Below are positions 55,039-63,668 of a stretch of DNA of 64,000 nt, piece after piece (position 1 is the stretch's first letter; the number at the start of each line of letters is the position of its first letter). The DNA is taken from the IMG/VR virus record IMGVR_UViG_3300025132_008118. One strand, written 5' to 3'. A model generated the notes under the pieces. That model made no database searches. It was not told the DNA's origin and saw only the letters and a program-made list of their open reading frames with translations. The translations under genes and the position numbers were made by a program. This DNA comes from a virus.

Positions 55039-55979
55039 TAATAATCCCCATATACATCGGTATCATTACTTGACATATCAAAAACGTCTTCTTTACTGGT
55101 ATTATCAGCTGAATATAATTCATAATCTTCTCTTTTCGGTAATGATGGAGGGTTTGTACCGGGTAATCTACCAGCAAATTTGTCTTCATAAACTTGATCA
55201 TTGGTTCTTTCCCCACCAGTTGATAACCCAGCTTGTAAAGTATATAAATCTTCAGTCGCAAGATCTGATAACCGACTTGTATCAGTAGACATATCAGCAA
55301 ATCCAACATCACTTCTAGCATTATTGAAATCTATATTTGGTTCAAAGCTATAATCTAATCGTTTTGCCTTTAATAAAAATACATAATGGCCTTGTAAATT
55401 ATTAATTTGGGATATATCTTGATCTAATTTTTCAGTAATTTCGAAAAATTTAGACTGTCTATTATTAGGTCTATCATTACCATATTCAGTTAGTTCAAAA
55501 ACATCACCAGCTTTTGGCTCTACGATTGGACCGAAATCAAAATATCGATCATAAATACCTTCAGGTATTTTACCATTTACAATATTATTAGAACCAAAAG
55601 GTTCAAAAACTGAAGATAATGTATAAAATTCATCATAAAAAGAAGATATATGAATATATGCAGTTACTTCATCGTCACTGTCAAAACCAAATTTGGATAA
55701 AGTAATTGCATTTTCATTTAACGTGACCGCTAAAGTAATTTTTCTTGGATCTGCAAAAGTTTGTGTAGGTTGTTCACCGTAAAAGTTATCTGCACTTAGT
55801 GTATTATACGTATTAACGTAATAATTTACTTTAACACCAAATTGATTTATTTGTTCTCTCCACCAATTAGAGAATAGTATACGTTCACTTGCTTGAATTG
55901 ATTTATCGGTAAATCTATAACAAGTTTCATCGGTCTGCACTATACCGGGGTAATCACAACTGTAATCTATTTGACTCAT
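55035..55979 (-). CDS. 14: Neck (head completion) protein gp14
   Basis: EQINQFGVKVNYY, LSKFG, PKAGDVFEL, FFEIT, LKAKRLDYS.E. Confidence 0.8.
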   Translation of the reverse strand: MSQIDYSCDYPGIVQTDETCYRFTDKSIQASERILFSNWWREQINQFGVKVNYYVNTYNTLSADNFYGEQPTQTFADPRKITLAVTLNENAITLSKFGFDSDDEVTAYIHISSFYDEFYTLSSVFEPFGSNNIVNGKIPEGIYDRYFDFGPIVEPKAGDVFELTEYGNDRPNNRQSKFFEITEKLDQDISQINNLQGHYVFLLKAKRLDYSFEPNIDFNNARSDVGFADMSTDTSRLSDLATEDLYTLQAGLSTGGERTNDQVYEDKFAGRLPGTNPPSLPKREDYELYSADNTSKEDVFDMSSNDTDVYGDYY

Positions 55980-56320
55980 TTTTCTAAAACAAATTTCTTT
56001 AATTTTTCATCGAAATATAACTTTATACCAGTACTACCTAATTTTTTAACTTCTCCTTTAAACGGTATAACTTTATATTCTTTACGTATATATTCTAAAT
56101 CTGCAGAACTACAAACTTTTTTACCAGTACCACCACGCAGTTGTTCTATTGATGAATTCTTTGTTGGGTCAGTTTTAACATAATCAGGTACAATATTTTC
56201 ATGCTTACGGAAGTACCGGGGATCACTACTACTACCGGGGATCGCTCTTCTATGTCTATGATTAATACCAGGTTTAGACCCTTGGTATTTATTTTCAAAA
56301 AACTTATGAAATTTTATCAT
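55976..56320 (-). CDS. Small basic late protein
   Basis: Leader MIKFHKFFE; TAAATA at 56326..56331. Confidence 0.65.
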   Translation of the reverse strand: MIKFHKFFENKYQGSKPGINHRHRRAIPGSSSDPRYFRKHENIVPDYVKTDPTKNSSIEQLRGGTGKKVCSSADLEYIRKEYKVIPFKGEVKKLGSTGIKLYFDEKLKKFVLEK

Positions 56321-56339
56321 AATTATATTTAAGCAAAAA

Positions 56340-56369
56340 AAAGCGCAACCAAATTAATGATTGCGCTTT
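56340..56369 (-). terminator. Intrinsic terminator
   Basis: Stem AAAGCGCAA/TTGCGCTTT; T-run follows on the minus strand; lies downstream of the 57283 gene. Confidence 0.75.
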
Positions 56370-56389
56370 AAATTTTAAATCTACTTTTT

Positions 56390-57283
56390 TTATTGAATAT
56401 AGTCACCAGTCGAGCCGGTTACTGTGCTATGTACTTTATTTTGCTTGCTTTGAAGAGCAGCTTTTCCATCAGCTAATGGTTTTGGTTCAGCATCAACATA
56501 CTTTTTAGTTGAATCAGATGCTTTCTTTCCTTTTGCTTTAAGCTTACCAACCTTGTTATGACCCGGATGGGTTAAATTTGTACCAGCTGTATCAGGCACT
56601 GCTTGCATTTCTACTGCTTCCTTATGGGTATCATCTTCTTCTCCTTCACCATCATCATCTTCTTCAGCTTCTTCAAATGATTGGAAACCTTCTTCACTTT
56701 CGTAATCTTCTTCCCCATCGTCTTCTCCTTCACCATCACCATCTTCATCTTCATCGCCCATTGCTGCTTGCAATAAGTCGCAAAGTGACTTGGCCATTTC
56801 ACGATCAAGTGTAACTGTAATATCATCACCCTCACCTGGTTCATCGACTTCAGTATCAATACCGAGTGCGTCTAATTCTTGTGTTTCTTGATCTGAGTGA
56901 CCCATTTCTTCACCCATCACATTTTCAAAAAGTTTATCAAAAGTAGATTTCATATAATTATTTATACTCTCTTTTACTTTTTTCTCTATTTTTTTATTAT
57001 TTTCGTTATATTTTTCAGAAGAATAAATTTCACTGTTATATAATTCGTCTTCTACACCATTATGTTTCGGGTCAATAACATTGTCATATATTTTTGCTTT
57101 TTCAGCATTTGCCGGTCCAGATGTATTATCATTAGCAAAACCTTTCTTAATATCATTTGCTTTAACAGGTGGCTTGCCTGGTTTAGTACCCATTTTAGCT
57201 GCTTTAACCCCAGGAGCTTTTTCAGATAAAATATTATTATTATATGTATTCCAAATTTCGGTTAGAGTATTTACTCGTGTCAT
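56390..57283 (-). CDS. Highly acidic late protein, possible prohead core/scaffold component (start reassigned to MTRVN at 57283)
   Basis: TATAAATA 5 nt upstream; D/E-rich tract; several L/I-x-E sites. Confidence 0.55.
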   Translation of the reverse strand: MTRVNTLTEIWNTYNNNILSEKAPGVKAAKMGTKPGKPPVKANDIKKGFANDNTSGPANAEKAKIYDNVIDPKHNGVEDELYNSEIYSSEKYNENNKKIEKKVKESINNYMKSTFDKLFENVMGEEMGHSDQETQELDALGIDTEVDEPGEGDDITVTLDREMAKSLCDLLQAAMGDEDEDGDGEGEDDGEEDYESEEGFQSFEEAEEDDDGEGEEDDTHKEAVEMQAVPDTAGTNLTHPGHNKVGKLKAKGKKASDSTKKYVDAEPKPLADGKAALQSKQNKVHSTVTGSTGDYIQ

Positions 57284-57284
57284 G

Positions 57285-57296
57285 TAAATATTTATA
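57285..57296. promoter_or_regulatory. Bidirectional late promoter (TAAATATTTA palindrome)
   Basis: Lies between the divergent starts 57283 (minus) and 57302 (plus, terminase). Confidence 0.6.
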
Positions 57297-57301
57297 GCGA
57301 G

Positions 57302-58987
57302 ATGATTAAAAATAAACAAAACTATATGAATAATCCTAATCTACCTACAGTAGGGGCGGAATTCGAATATACTCCAAGCATGGTTAAAGACTTAAAAAAG
57401 TGTAAGAAAAATATTTTACACTTTGCAGAAAGGTTCTTTTATATTATATCATTAGACGAAGGTAAAAAGACAATCGACTTGCATTACTGTCAAAAAAGAG
57501 CATTGCGTAAGATGAGAGATAATCGCTTTTTTATATTATTAGCTAGTCGTCAGATAGGTAAGACGACAATGATGACAATTTATGCTTTATGGATTGCATG
57601 CTTTAATGAAGATCAAAGAATATTAATTGTGGCTAATAAAGAAGGTACAGCGTTGGAAATAATGAGCAGAATAAGATTAGCATATGAAGAATTACCTAAT
57701 TGGTTAAAACCAGGTGTTAAAGAGTATGGTAAGACTTCTATTTTATTAGCAAATGGTACAAAGATAGGTATATCAACCACAACCGGTACAGCTGCTCGTG
57801 GTCAATCAGTTAACTGCCTTATTCTTGATGAGCTTGCTTTTATTGAACCTCATTTGGTAGATGATTTCTGGAAATCAGTATACCCGATCGTTTCATCATC
57901 CAAAAAATCTAAAATCTTTATAGCGTCAACCGCAAATGGCACAGATAACCTTTTTTATAAATTATACTCTGGTGCGGAAAATGGTGAAAATGATTGGGCT
58001 TGTGATAAAATTTTATGGAATGAAGTACCTGGTAGAGATGAAAAATGGAAACAACAAACTATTAATAGTATTGGTAGTAGGGAAGCGTTTGAGCAAGAAT
58101 TTAACTGTGAATTTATTTCATCAGGTGAAAGTTCAGTTAATGATGAATTATTTGAAAAGCTTAAAAGTAAAACTTCCGAACCAAAATTTGTATTCGATAA
58201 TGGTAGATATCTTTTATGGGATGAACCTTCTGAAAACGGTATATATATAGCAAGTGTCGATACTGCTGAAGGTTTGGGTAAGGATGCATCAGTAGTTCAA
58301 ATATTAGATTATACTGACCTAACTAACATTAAACAAGTTGCAGTATATCATAATAATGAAATATCACCATATAATTTCACTGAAAAAGTTTATGAAATAT
58401 TACAACATTGGGGGAATCCATTAGTTTGCGTTGAAAGAAATAACAGCGGTGGTCAAGTAGTAGATATTCTAAAAAATACTCACGATTATGAAAATATTGT
58501 ATCGTGGGGTGGTTCATTAGCCAATAGAAAGAAACAGCAATTAGGTATTATTTCACATACCAACACAAAATATAAAGCAGTTACTAATATGCGCTATTGG
58601 GTTAATGAATTAGAGTCAGTGCAAATAAATGATAGCAGAACAGTTAAAGAATTAAAAAACTATGTAAAAGCTGCAAACGGTACATGGAATGCAAAGAAGG
58701 GATATCATGATGATTTAGTCACCTCACTCATGTGGAACCTGATTATACTTGATAATGATATAGTTGAAACTTATTTCGATGTGGTGAAAAAAGATACTAA
58801 TAATAGACCTTTAGAACTGCAACAAATGGATTTTGGTATTAAATATTTTATGGACCCAACTTCTTTATATTCCAATGAAAAAAGCGGGCTCAACAATACA
58901 CTACCGGTTATTATAGGTAACGCTTCTAATACTAATAGTGAAATAGATCAATTATATATGCAAGGCTTTAAAGTATGGGGACAATAA
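57302..58987 (+). CDS. 17: Terminase large subunit gp17
   Basis: SRQIGKT Walker A, ILDELAF Walker B, ASTANG, nuclease D-x-A.G..D.S and HDDLV. Confidence 0.96.
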   Translation: MIKNKQNYMNNPNLPTVGAEFEYTPSMVKDLKKCKKNILHFAERFFYIISLDEGKKTIDLHYCQKRALRKMRDNRFFILLASRQIGKTTMMTIYALWIACFNEDQRILIVANKEGTALEIMSRIRLAYEELPNWLKPGVKEYGKTSILLANGTKIGISTTTGTAARGQSVNCLILDELAFIEPHLVDDFWKSVYPIVSSSKKSKIFIASTANGTDNLFYKLYSGAENGENDWACDKILWNEVPGRDEKWKQQTINSIGSREAFEQEFNCEFISSGESSVNDELFEKLKSKTSEPKFVFDNGRYLLWDEPSENGIYIASVDTAEGLGKDASVVQILDYTDLTNIKQVAVYHNNEISPYNFTEKVYEILQHWGNPLVCVERNNSGGQVVDILKNTHDYENIVSWGGSLANRKKQQLGIISHTNTKYKAVTNMRYWVNELESVQINDSRTVKELKNYVKAANGTWNAKKGYHDDLVTSLMWNLIILDNDIVETYFDVVKKDTNNRPLELQQMDFGIKYFMDPTSLYSNEKSGLNNTLPVIIGNASNTNSEIDQLYMQGFKVWGQ

Positions 58988-59589
58988 ATCAATCACAGTT
59001 TAATAAAAGTAGATTAGATAAGTTTTTACTTGTTTTGAATCTACCACCTATACTAAAAGATATTAGTAATCAGTATATAGGTAGCAGAAAAAATACCAGT
59101 ATAATAGAAAATAGTTTACAATTTTCAGTATATGGTACCGTGGTACCTCAAATACAAGTACCTGAGGAAAGCTTATATTATGCAGGTCAATCAATGAAAT
59201 TGTCAACGCATACAAGACCAGTTTATGAAAACGTAACTGTTAATTTTACTATTGATAATGAATTTAATAATTATTGGGTAATATACAAATGGCTTGATTT
59301 AATGAATGATGAAAAGATCTCAACGTTTAATAGTAAAGATATATTTGACAAACCTAATATTTCACCTAAAGAAAAGAAAAACTCAAAAACTCTAACCCCA
59401 ACTGATTTATATCAAGCCGATATTTCATTATATGCCAAGGATGAATTTGATAAAAATAAGGTTAAATTTGTGTTTACCAAAGCATTCCCTGTAAATTTAG
59501 GCAGTATTGATTTTAACTACCGGGCCTCGGGTGAAATTGAAACAACTTTAGAATTTGCATTCTCTCAGTTATTAGTTGAATTGGTATAA
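58975..59589 (+). CDS. 3: Tail completion/tube terminator gp3-like (tube-fold) protein
   Basis: YENVTVNFTIDNEFNNYWVIYKW; AFP..LG.I.F. Confidence 0.7.
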   Translation: MGTINQSQFNKSRLDKFLLVLNLPPILKDISNQYIGSRKNTSIIENSLQFSVYGTVVPQIQVPEESLYYAGQSMKLSTHTRPVYENVTVNFTIDNEFNNYWVIYKWLDLMNDEKISTFNSKDIFDKPNISPKEKKNSKTLTPTDLYQADISLYAKDEFDKNKVKFVFTKAFPVNLGSIDFNYRASGEIETTLEFAFSQLLVELV

Positions 59590-59606
59590 TTTTTACCTCA
59601 GGATGC

Positions 59607-59614
59607 TATAAATA
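59607..59614 (+). promoter_or_regulatory. T4 late promoter TATAAATA
   Basis: 7 nt upstream of the sheath ATG. Confidence 0.75.
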
Positions 59615-59621
59615 ATAGTAT

Positions 59622-62003
59622 ATGGCACGTACAATTCAATCTCCCGGAGTAGAAATTAGAGAAATCGATCAATCTATAAGACCTGTAGTTCCTGCAGGTA
59701 CAAACGTTTTAATTACAGGTTTTGCTGATAAAGGACCTACTGATGAAGTTATTCAAGTAACTTCACGTAGTGAGTTTGCTGATATCTATGGTGAACCAAC
59801 TGTACCAGCAGAATTATATTTTTCAAGCACCGCCAGAGCTTTATTTAATAGCCCAGCAAATGTGTTTGTTTATAGAATGCCATACGGTAAAGATAGAGGT
59901 ATTGGATTTGGTAATAATTATAGTGTTTTAGCATACCCTGCATCTGCAATTTCAATTAATGATGCAGCATCTGCAAGTGAAGCATTACCAACTTTTAGTA
60001 ATACTGGAGCAGTTAGTAGTACACGTACAGTATTAATAGGTAAACCAGAACATTTTACAATTGATCAAGAAACATATTTTAACATCCAGCAAAAAAATGG
60101 TTTTGACTGGGTAGATGAAACATCATCAAGCTTTGATACTTTAGCATCACTTGGTAAAGCAGCATTTCTAGTCATTAATAAAGCTCAGACAACAATTGAC
60201 CAATCTTTTCAAGGGTTCTATTTCGGTGCTATTGATAATACAAATTTAAACCCAGCGACAAATTTTGATGGAATCATAGATATTCAAACACTTACCAATG
60301 CAATAAGTGGTAATGCATTAAATTTAAAAGCTGAAACGTTTATCAACTTACCTACTACAAGATTAGATAATGTGCTTTCAGCGAAAAGTAGTAATAATGT
60401 AGATACATTTGGAGCTAATGATAATAGTATATCTGAGCAAATGGAAAATTTAACTGACTATGATATATCATCGAATCAGTTCGACGATACTTTATCGATA
60501 GGTTTATTTAGATTAGGGGTTACACCAGCTACTAATAATACAATTAAATTAGCTCTAAATCTTGAAGAAACAGTAGTTGGTTCGACAGATTACCATAGAC
60601 GTATTAATGATCCTCAAGGTGGTGAACCTTTACCATTCAGAATTGAAACTGAGAATCAATTACCAACAATGGATATAATGGTTAATGATTTCTTGAGTAA
60701 TAGAAATACATCAACATATTTAGATGCAGATGGTATACCTAAAACTAAGATTAGATTTGTAACTAATAAAACAAAAGATTTAACTAATAATTGGACCACT
60801 TTATCAGCAGCATATGGCGGTACAGTTAATACACAAGCTGATCTTAAAACACTAGTTGGTTCAGTGCAAACAAATGCCTTACTAGGTACTACTAATAGTT
60901 TATTTGCTTTAGGTTCATACGCTGATACGGATCTTAGTAATAAAATAATTGGTAACATTCCTCAAAAATTAGATCGACTATTGGACACAGTTGAAAATAC
61001 TGAAAGATTTGACATTGATATTACAGTCGACGGTGGTCTATCAACAATTCACTCATCAGTAAAAACATTAAACGCTGATTCATATGACGACACAACGCAT
61101 ATCCAATCCATCAGCGGTTTTCAGACAACAAGAACAGATAATACAGGTTTAAGTGATCAATCAAGCAAATATAGAGGTTATTGGAATGATGTTATAAATA
61201 GATTTGTAACATTTGCAGAATTTAGAAGAAAAGATCATATCTTTATTGCTGATTTACCCAGATCAATTTTCATTCAAGGGGATAGTTTCTTAACTTTACA
61301 AGATAGTAATAAGAACTTCTCTAGAGATATACTTAACCCAATAAAAGCATTTGGTTCTCAAGTTAATTCTAGTTATGCAGCGACATATGGTCAATGGATA
61401 CAAAGTAATGATACATTATATGGAGGTTTATCTTATTGCCCATCATCTGGATATCTTGCTTCGATCATGGCTAATACAGATGCTAATTTTGATCCATGGT
61501 TTGCACCGGCAGGTTTTGCAAGAGGTAGATTAACTGGAGCAGCTGGCTTAGCATTATTTCCAACACAGAAACAAAGAGATCAACTATATAAGATATCTGT
61601 TAACCCGATTCCTTCATTTCCAGTTGAAGGACCTGTTGTATTTGGTCAAAAGACATTACAAAAGTTACCAAGTGCATTTGACAGAATTAATGTTAGACGT
61701 TTATTCTTATATCTTGAAAAGGCTACAAAGAATACAGTTAGAAACTTTATATTTGAACCAAATACACTATTAACAAGAACTAGAGTAGTTAATACATTAA
61801 CACCTATTTTTGAAGATGTTAAGAATACGGAAGGTTTATTTGATTATCTAATTATTTGCGATGAAAGAAATAATACACCAGATATTGTCGATGCAAATGA
61901 ATTAAGAATTGATATTTATTTAAAGCCAACAAGAGCTGCAGAGTTTATATTAGTTAATTTCTACGCAACAAAAACAGGTACAGATTTCAACGAATTAGTT
62001 TAA
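59622..62003 (+). CDS. 18: Tail sheath protein gp18
   Basis: SPGVEIREID, PWFAPAG..RG, VNPI..FP, GQKTL, RINVRRLF, FEPN, KPTRAAEFI. Confidence 0.96.
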   Translation: MARTIQSPGVEIREIDQSIRPVVPAGTNVLITGFADKGPTDEVIQVTSRSEFADIYGEPTVPAELYFSSTARALFNSPANVFVYRMPYGKDRGIGFGNNYSVLAYPASAISINDAASASEALPTFSNTGAVSSTRTVLIGKPEHFTIDQETYFNIQQKNGFDWVDETSSSFDTLASLGKAAFLVINKAQTTIDQSFQGFYFGAIDNTNLNPATNFDGIIDIQTLTNAISGNALNLKAETFINLPTTRLDNVLSAKSSNNVDTFGANDNSISEQMENLTDYDISSNQFDDTLSIGLFRLGVTPATNNTIKLALNLEETVVGSTDYHRRINDPQGGEPLPFRIETENQLPTMDIMVNDFLSNRNTSTYLDADGIPKTKIRFVTNKTKDLTNNWTTLSAAYGGTVNTQADLKTLVGSVQTNALLGTTNSLFALGSYADTDLSNKIIGNIPQKLDRLLDTVENTERFDIDITVDGGLSTIHSSVKTLNADSYDDTTHIQSISGFQTTRTDNTGLSDQSSKYRGYWNDVINRFVTFAEFRRKDHIFIADLPRSIFIQGDSFLTLQDSNKNFSRDILNPIKAFGSQVNSSYAATYGQWIQSNDTLYGGLSYCPSSGYLASIMANTDANFDPWFAPAGFARGRLTGAAGLALFPTQKQRDQLYKISVNPIPSFPVEGPVVFGQKTLQKLPSAFDRINVRRLFLYLEKATKNTVRNFIFEPNTLLTRTRVVNTLTPIFEDVKNTEGLFDYLIICDERNNTPDIVDANELRIDIYLKPTRAAEFILVNFYATKTGTDFNELV

Positions 62004-62031
62004 TAACAAAGTCATCTAATTAAATAATTAC

Positions 62032-62436
62032 ATGGCAGATACCAAAGTATCAGATTTAACTCCTATAACTGTTGCTAGTGACAGTGATGTATTATACATT
62101 GTTAGAGCATCTACAGGGGGGACTTCTAATAAAATAACCTTTCAAAATTTACTAAGCGGGGTTAATGATAGTATTACCACGTTAACAACAACTGTTAATA
62201 CAAATCAAAGTACTGTACTTGATCTTTCAGGTACCTTTGAATCTGCTAATATTGACATAGGTCCTTTAACAACTACCACTCGAATATTATGTTCAGTTCA
62301 ACTTGGTTTATCAGCTGAATTAGATGAATTGTCTGATGATGTTGAAGGTACAATAGGGACAGGTTTATCTCGAGATGTAACAATAAGCGGTACAACATTA
62401 AAATTCTTAAGCGGAGTATTAATCCAAGTAACATAA
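62032..62436 (+). CDS. Putative tail/virion accessory (fibre-like) protein, paralog A
   Basis: N-terminal MADTKVSDL...DVLYIV...KIT module; TAAATA at 62021..62026. Confidence 0.55.
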   Translation: MADTKVSDLTPITVASDSDVLYIVRASTGGTSNKITFQNLLSGVNDSITTLTTTVNTNQSTVLDLSGTFESANIDIGPLTTTTRILCSVQLGLSAELDELSDDVEGTIGTGLSRDVTISGTTLKFLSGVLIQVT

Positions 62437-62437
62437 A

Positions 62438-63025
62438 ATGGCAAATAGAAAATTAACAGAATTACCTACTTTATCACCAATTAATTTTGATAGTGATGAT
62501 ATACTTTATATTGTAGATGTACAAACAGATATATCTAAAAAAATTACTTATGCATCATTAGTCGGTGATAATGTAACTGCATTATCAGCTTATGATGCAC
62601 TTAATACATTAGATATAAATTTTTTATCCGGTAGTATAGATGCTTCTAATGCGGGTATAGCTGCATTAGAAGCAGGGGCTATAGGTCAAACGACAAAGAT
62701 TACCGCAATATCCGCTGCTGTAGCTGAAAATATAACTGATATCGTAACTGTATCTGCTATAGCTGAAGCTGCTGCAGACCCGACGGAGATAAATTCTGTA
62801 CGGACGGATGTTAATATAGTTAGTACCGTGCAACTTGGTTTATCTGCTGAAGCAGATGAATTAAGTGATGAAGTAGAAGCTTTGGCAACAGTATTAGCTA
62901 CAACATCTGCTGTTACTGATAAATTTACCATGACAGCAGCTGCTACTAGTGATTTATCCGCTAGCCACACTTTCAATGTAAACTTAGGCGGTACTACATA
63001 CAAAATATTATTACGTCAAGCTTAA
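62438..63025 (+). CDS. Putative tail/virion accessory (fibre-like) protein, paralog B
   Basis: MANRKLTEL...DILYIV...KKIT; shares VQLGLSAE.DELSD.VE with paralog A. Confidence 0.55.
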   Translation: MANRKLTELPTLSPINFDSDDILYIVDVQTDISKKITYASLVGDNVTALSAYDALNTLDINFLSGSIDASNAGIAALEAGAIGQTTKITAISAAVAENITDIVTVSAIAEAAADPTEINSVRTDVNIVSTVQLGLSAEADELSDEVEALATVLATTSAVTDKFTMTAAATSDLSASHTFNVNLGGTTYKILLRQA

Positions 63026-63060
63026 TTAAATTTAGTATAAATGAATAAATATTAATAACC

Positions 63061-63606
63061 ATGGCACAGACTAGACAAACAATACAAAATTTTTATACAC
63101 AAGCTCAAGAAAAAGACTTTGCAAGGAATAATCTTTTTAGAGTTTTAAATGTAAACTTCGGCGGTGGTACAGAGATCAATTTTAATGAAGATGATTTAAT
63201 TTACGCGAAGACAGCTACCTTACCTGGTAAAGAAGTGACATCACAAACAGTACCATATATGGGATTAGATTTTAATGTACCTGGTGTTACCAAATATACA
63301 GGAAGCGCTGGTTACACTATTACCTTTAGATGCGATGAAAGCTATGATTTAAGAAATAGATTTTTACAGGTTTTAAATGATACTTTTAATGATGCAGATA
63401 GTACAGGTAATTATTTTATGCCTACAGCTGAAAGTGTTATTGACTTAGCTTTATTAGACAAGGAATTAGATAGAGTATCTCAATTCCAATTAGTAGGTGT
63501 CGCTATTAAAAGTGTTGGAGAGTTAAGTTACGATGTAACTGCTGAAGGTACAGTCCAAGATTTCGACGTTACAGTTACATATCATTACTTTAGGCAAACA
63601 GCTTAA
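63061..63606 (+). CDS. 19: Tail tube protein gp19
   Basis: ARNNLFRV, ATLPG, PYMG, ITFRCD, VGELSY, F.VT.TY.Y; TAAATA at 63046..63051. Confidence 0.85.
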   Translation: MAQTRQTIQNFYTQAQEKDFARNNLFRVLNVNFGGGTEINFNEDDLIYAKTATLPGKEVTSQTVPYMGLDFNVPGVTKYTGSAGYTITFRCDESYDLRNRFLQVLNDTFNDADSTGNYFMPTAESVIDLALLDKELDRVSQFQLVGVAIKSVGELSYDVTAEGTVQDFDVTVTYHYFRQTA

Positions 63607-63623
63607 AATTTATTAAGTTGTAG

Positions 63624-63652
63624 AAAAGCTCTCTTCGTGAGAGCTTTTTTTT
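63624..63652 (+). terminator. Intrinsic terminator
   Basis: AAAAGCTCTC-TTCGT-GAGAGCTTTT followed by a T-run. Confidence 0.85.
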
Positions 63653-63668
63653 GTATAAATATATTTAA

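Noticed and set aside
7522-62003. Short alternative-frame or antisense ORFs in the track (e.g. 7522, 15711, 15967, 16432, 17596, 22865, 28780, 32212, 35271, 35275, 36639, 36872, 38184, 39174, 39846, 39997, 40061, 43823, 44657, 45612, 49307, 53586, 55028, 55031, 55971, 56578, 56611, 57081, 57936, 60656, 61351)
   Set aside because: Each is nested in or antisense to a longer motif-bearing gene and lacks the promoter/start geometry seen for real genes. The 62686..63003 antisense ORF was rejected for the same reason.
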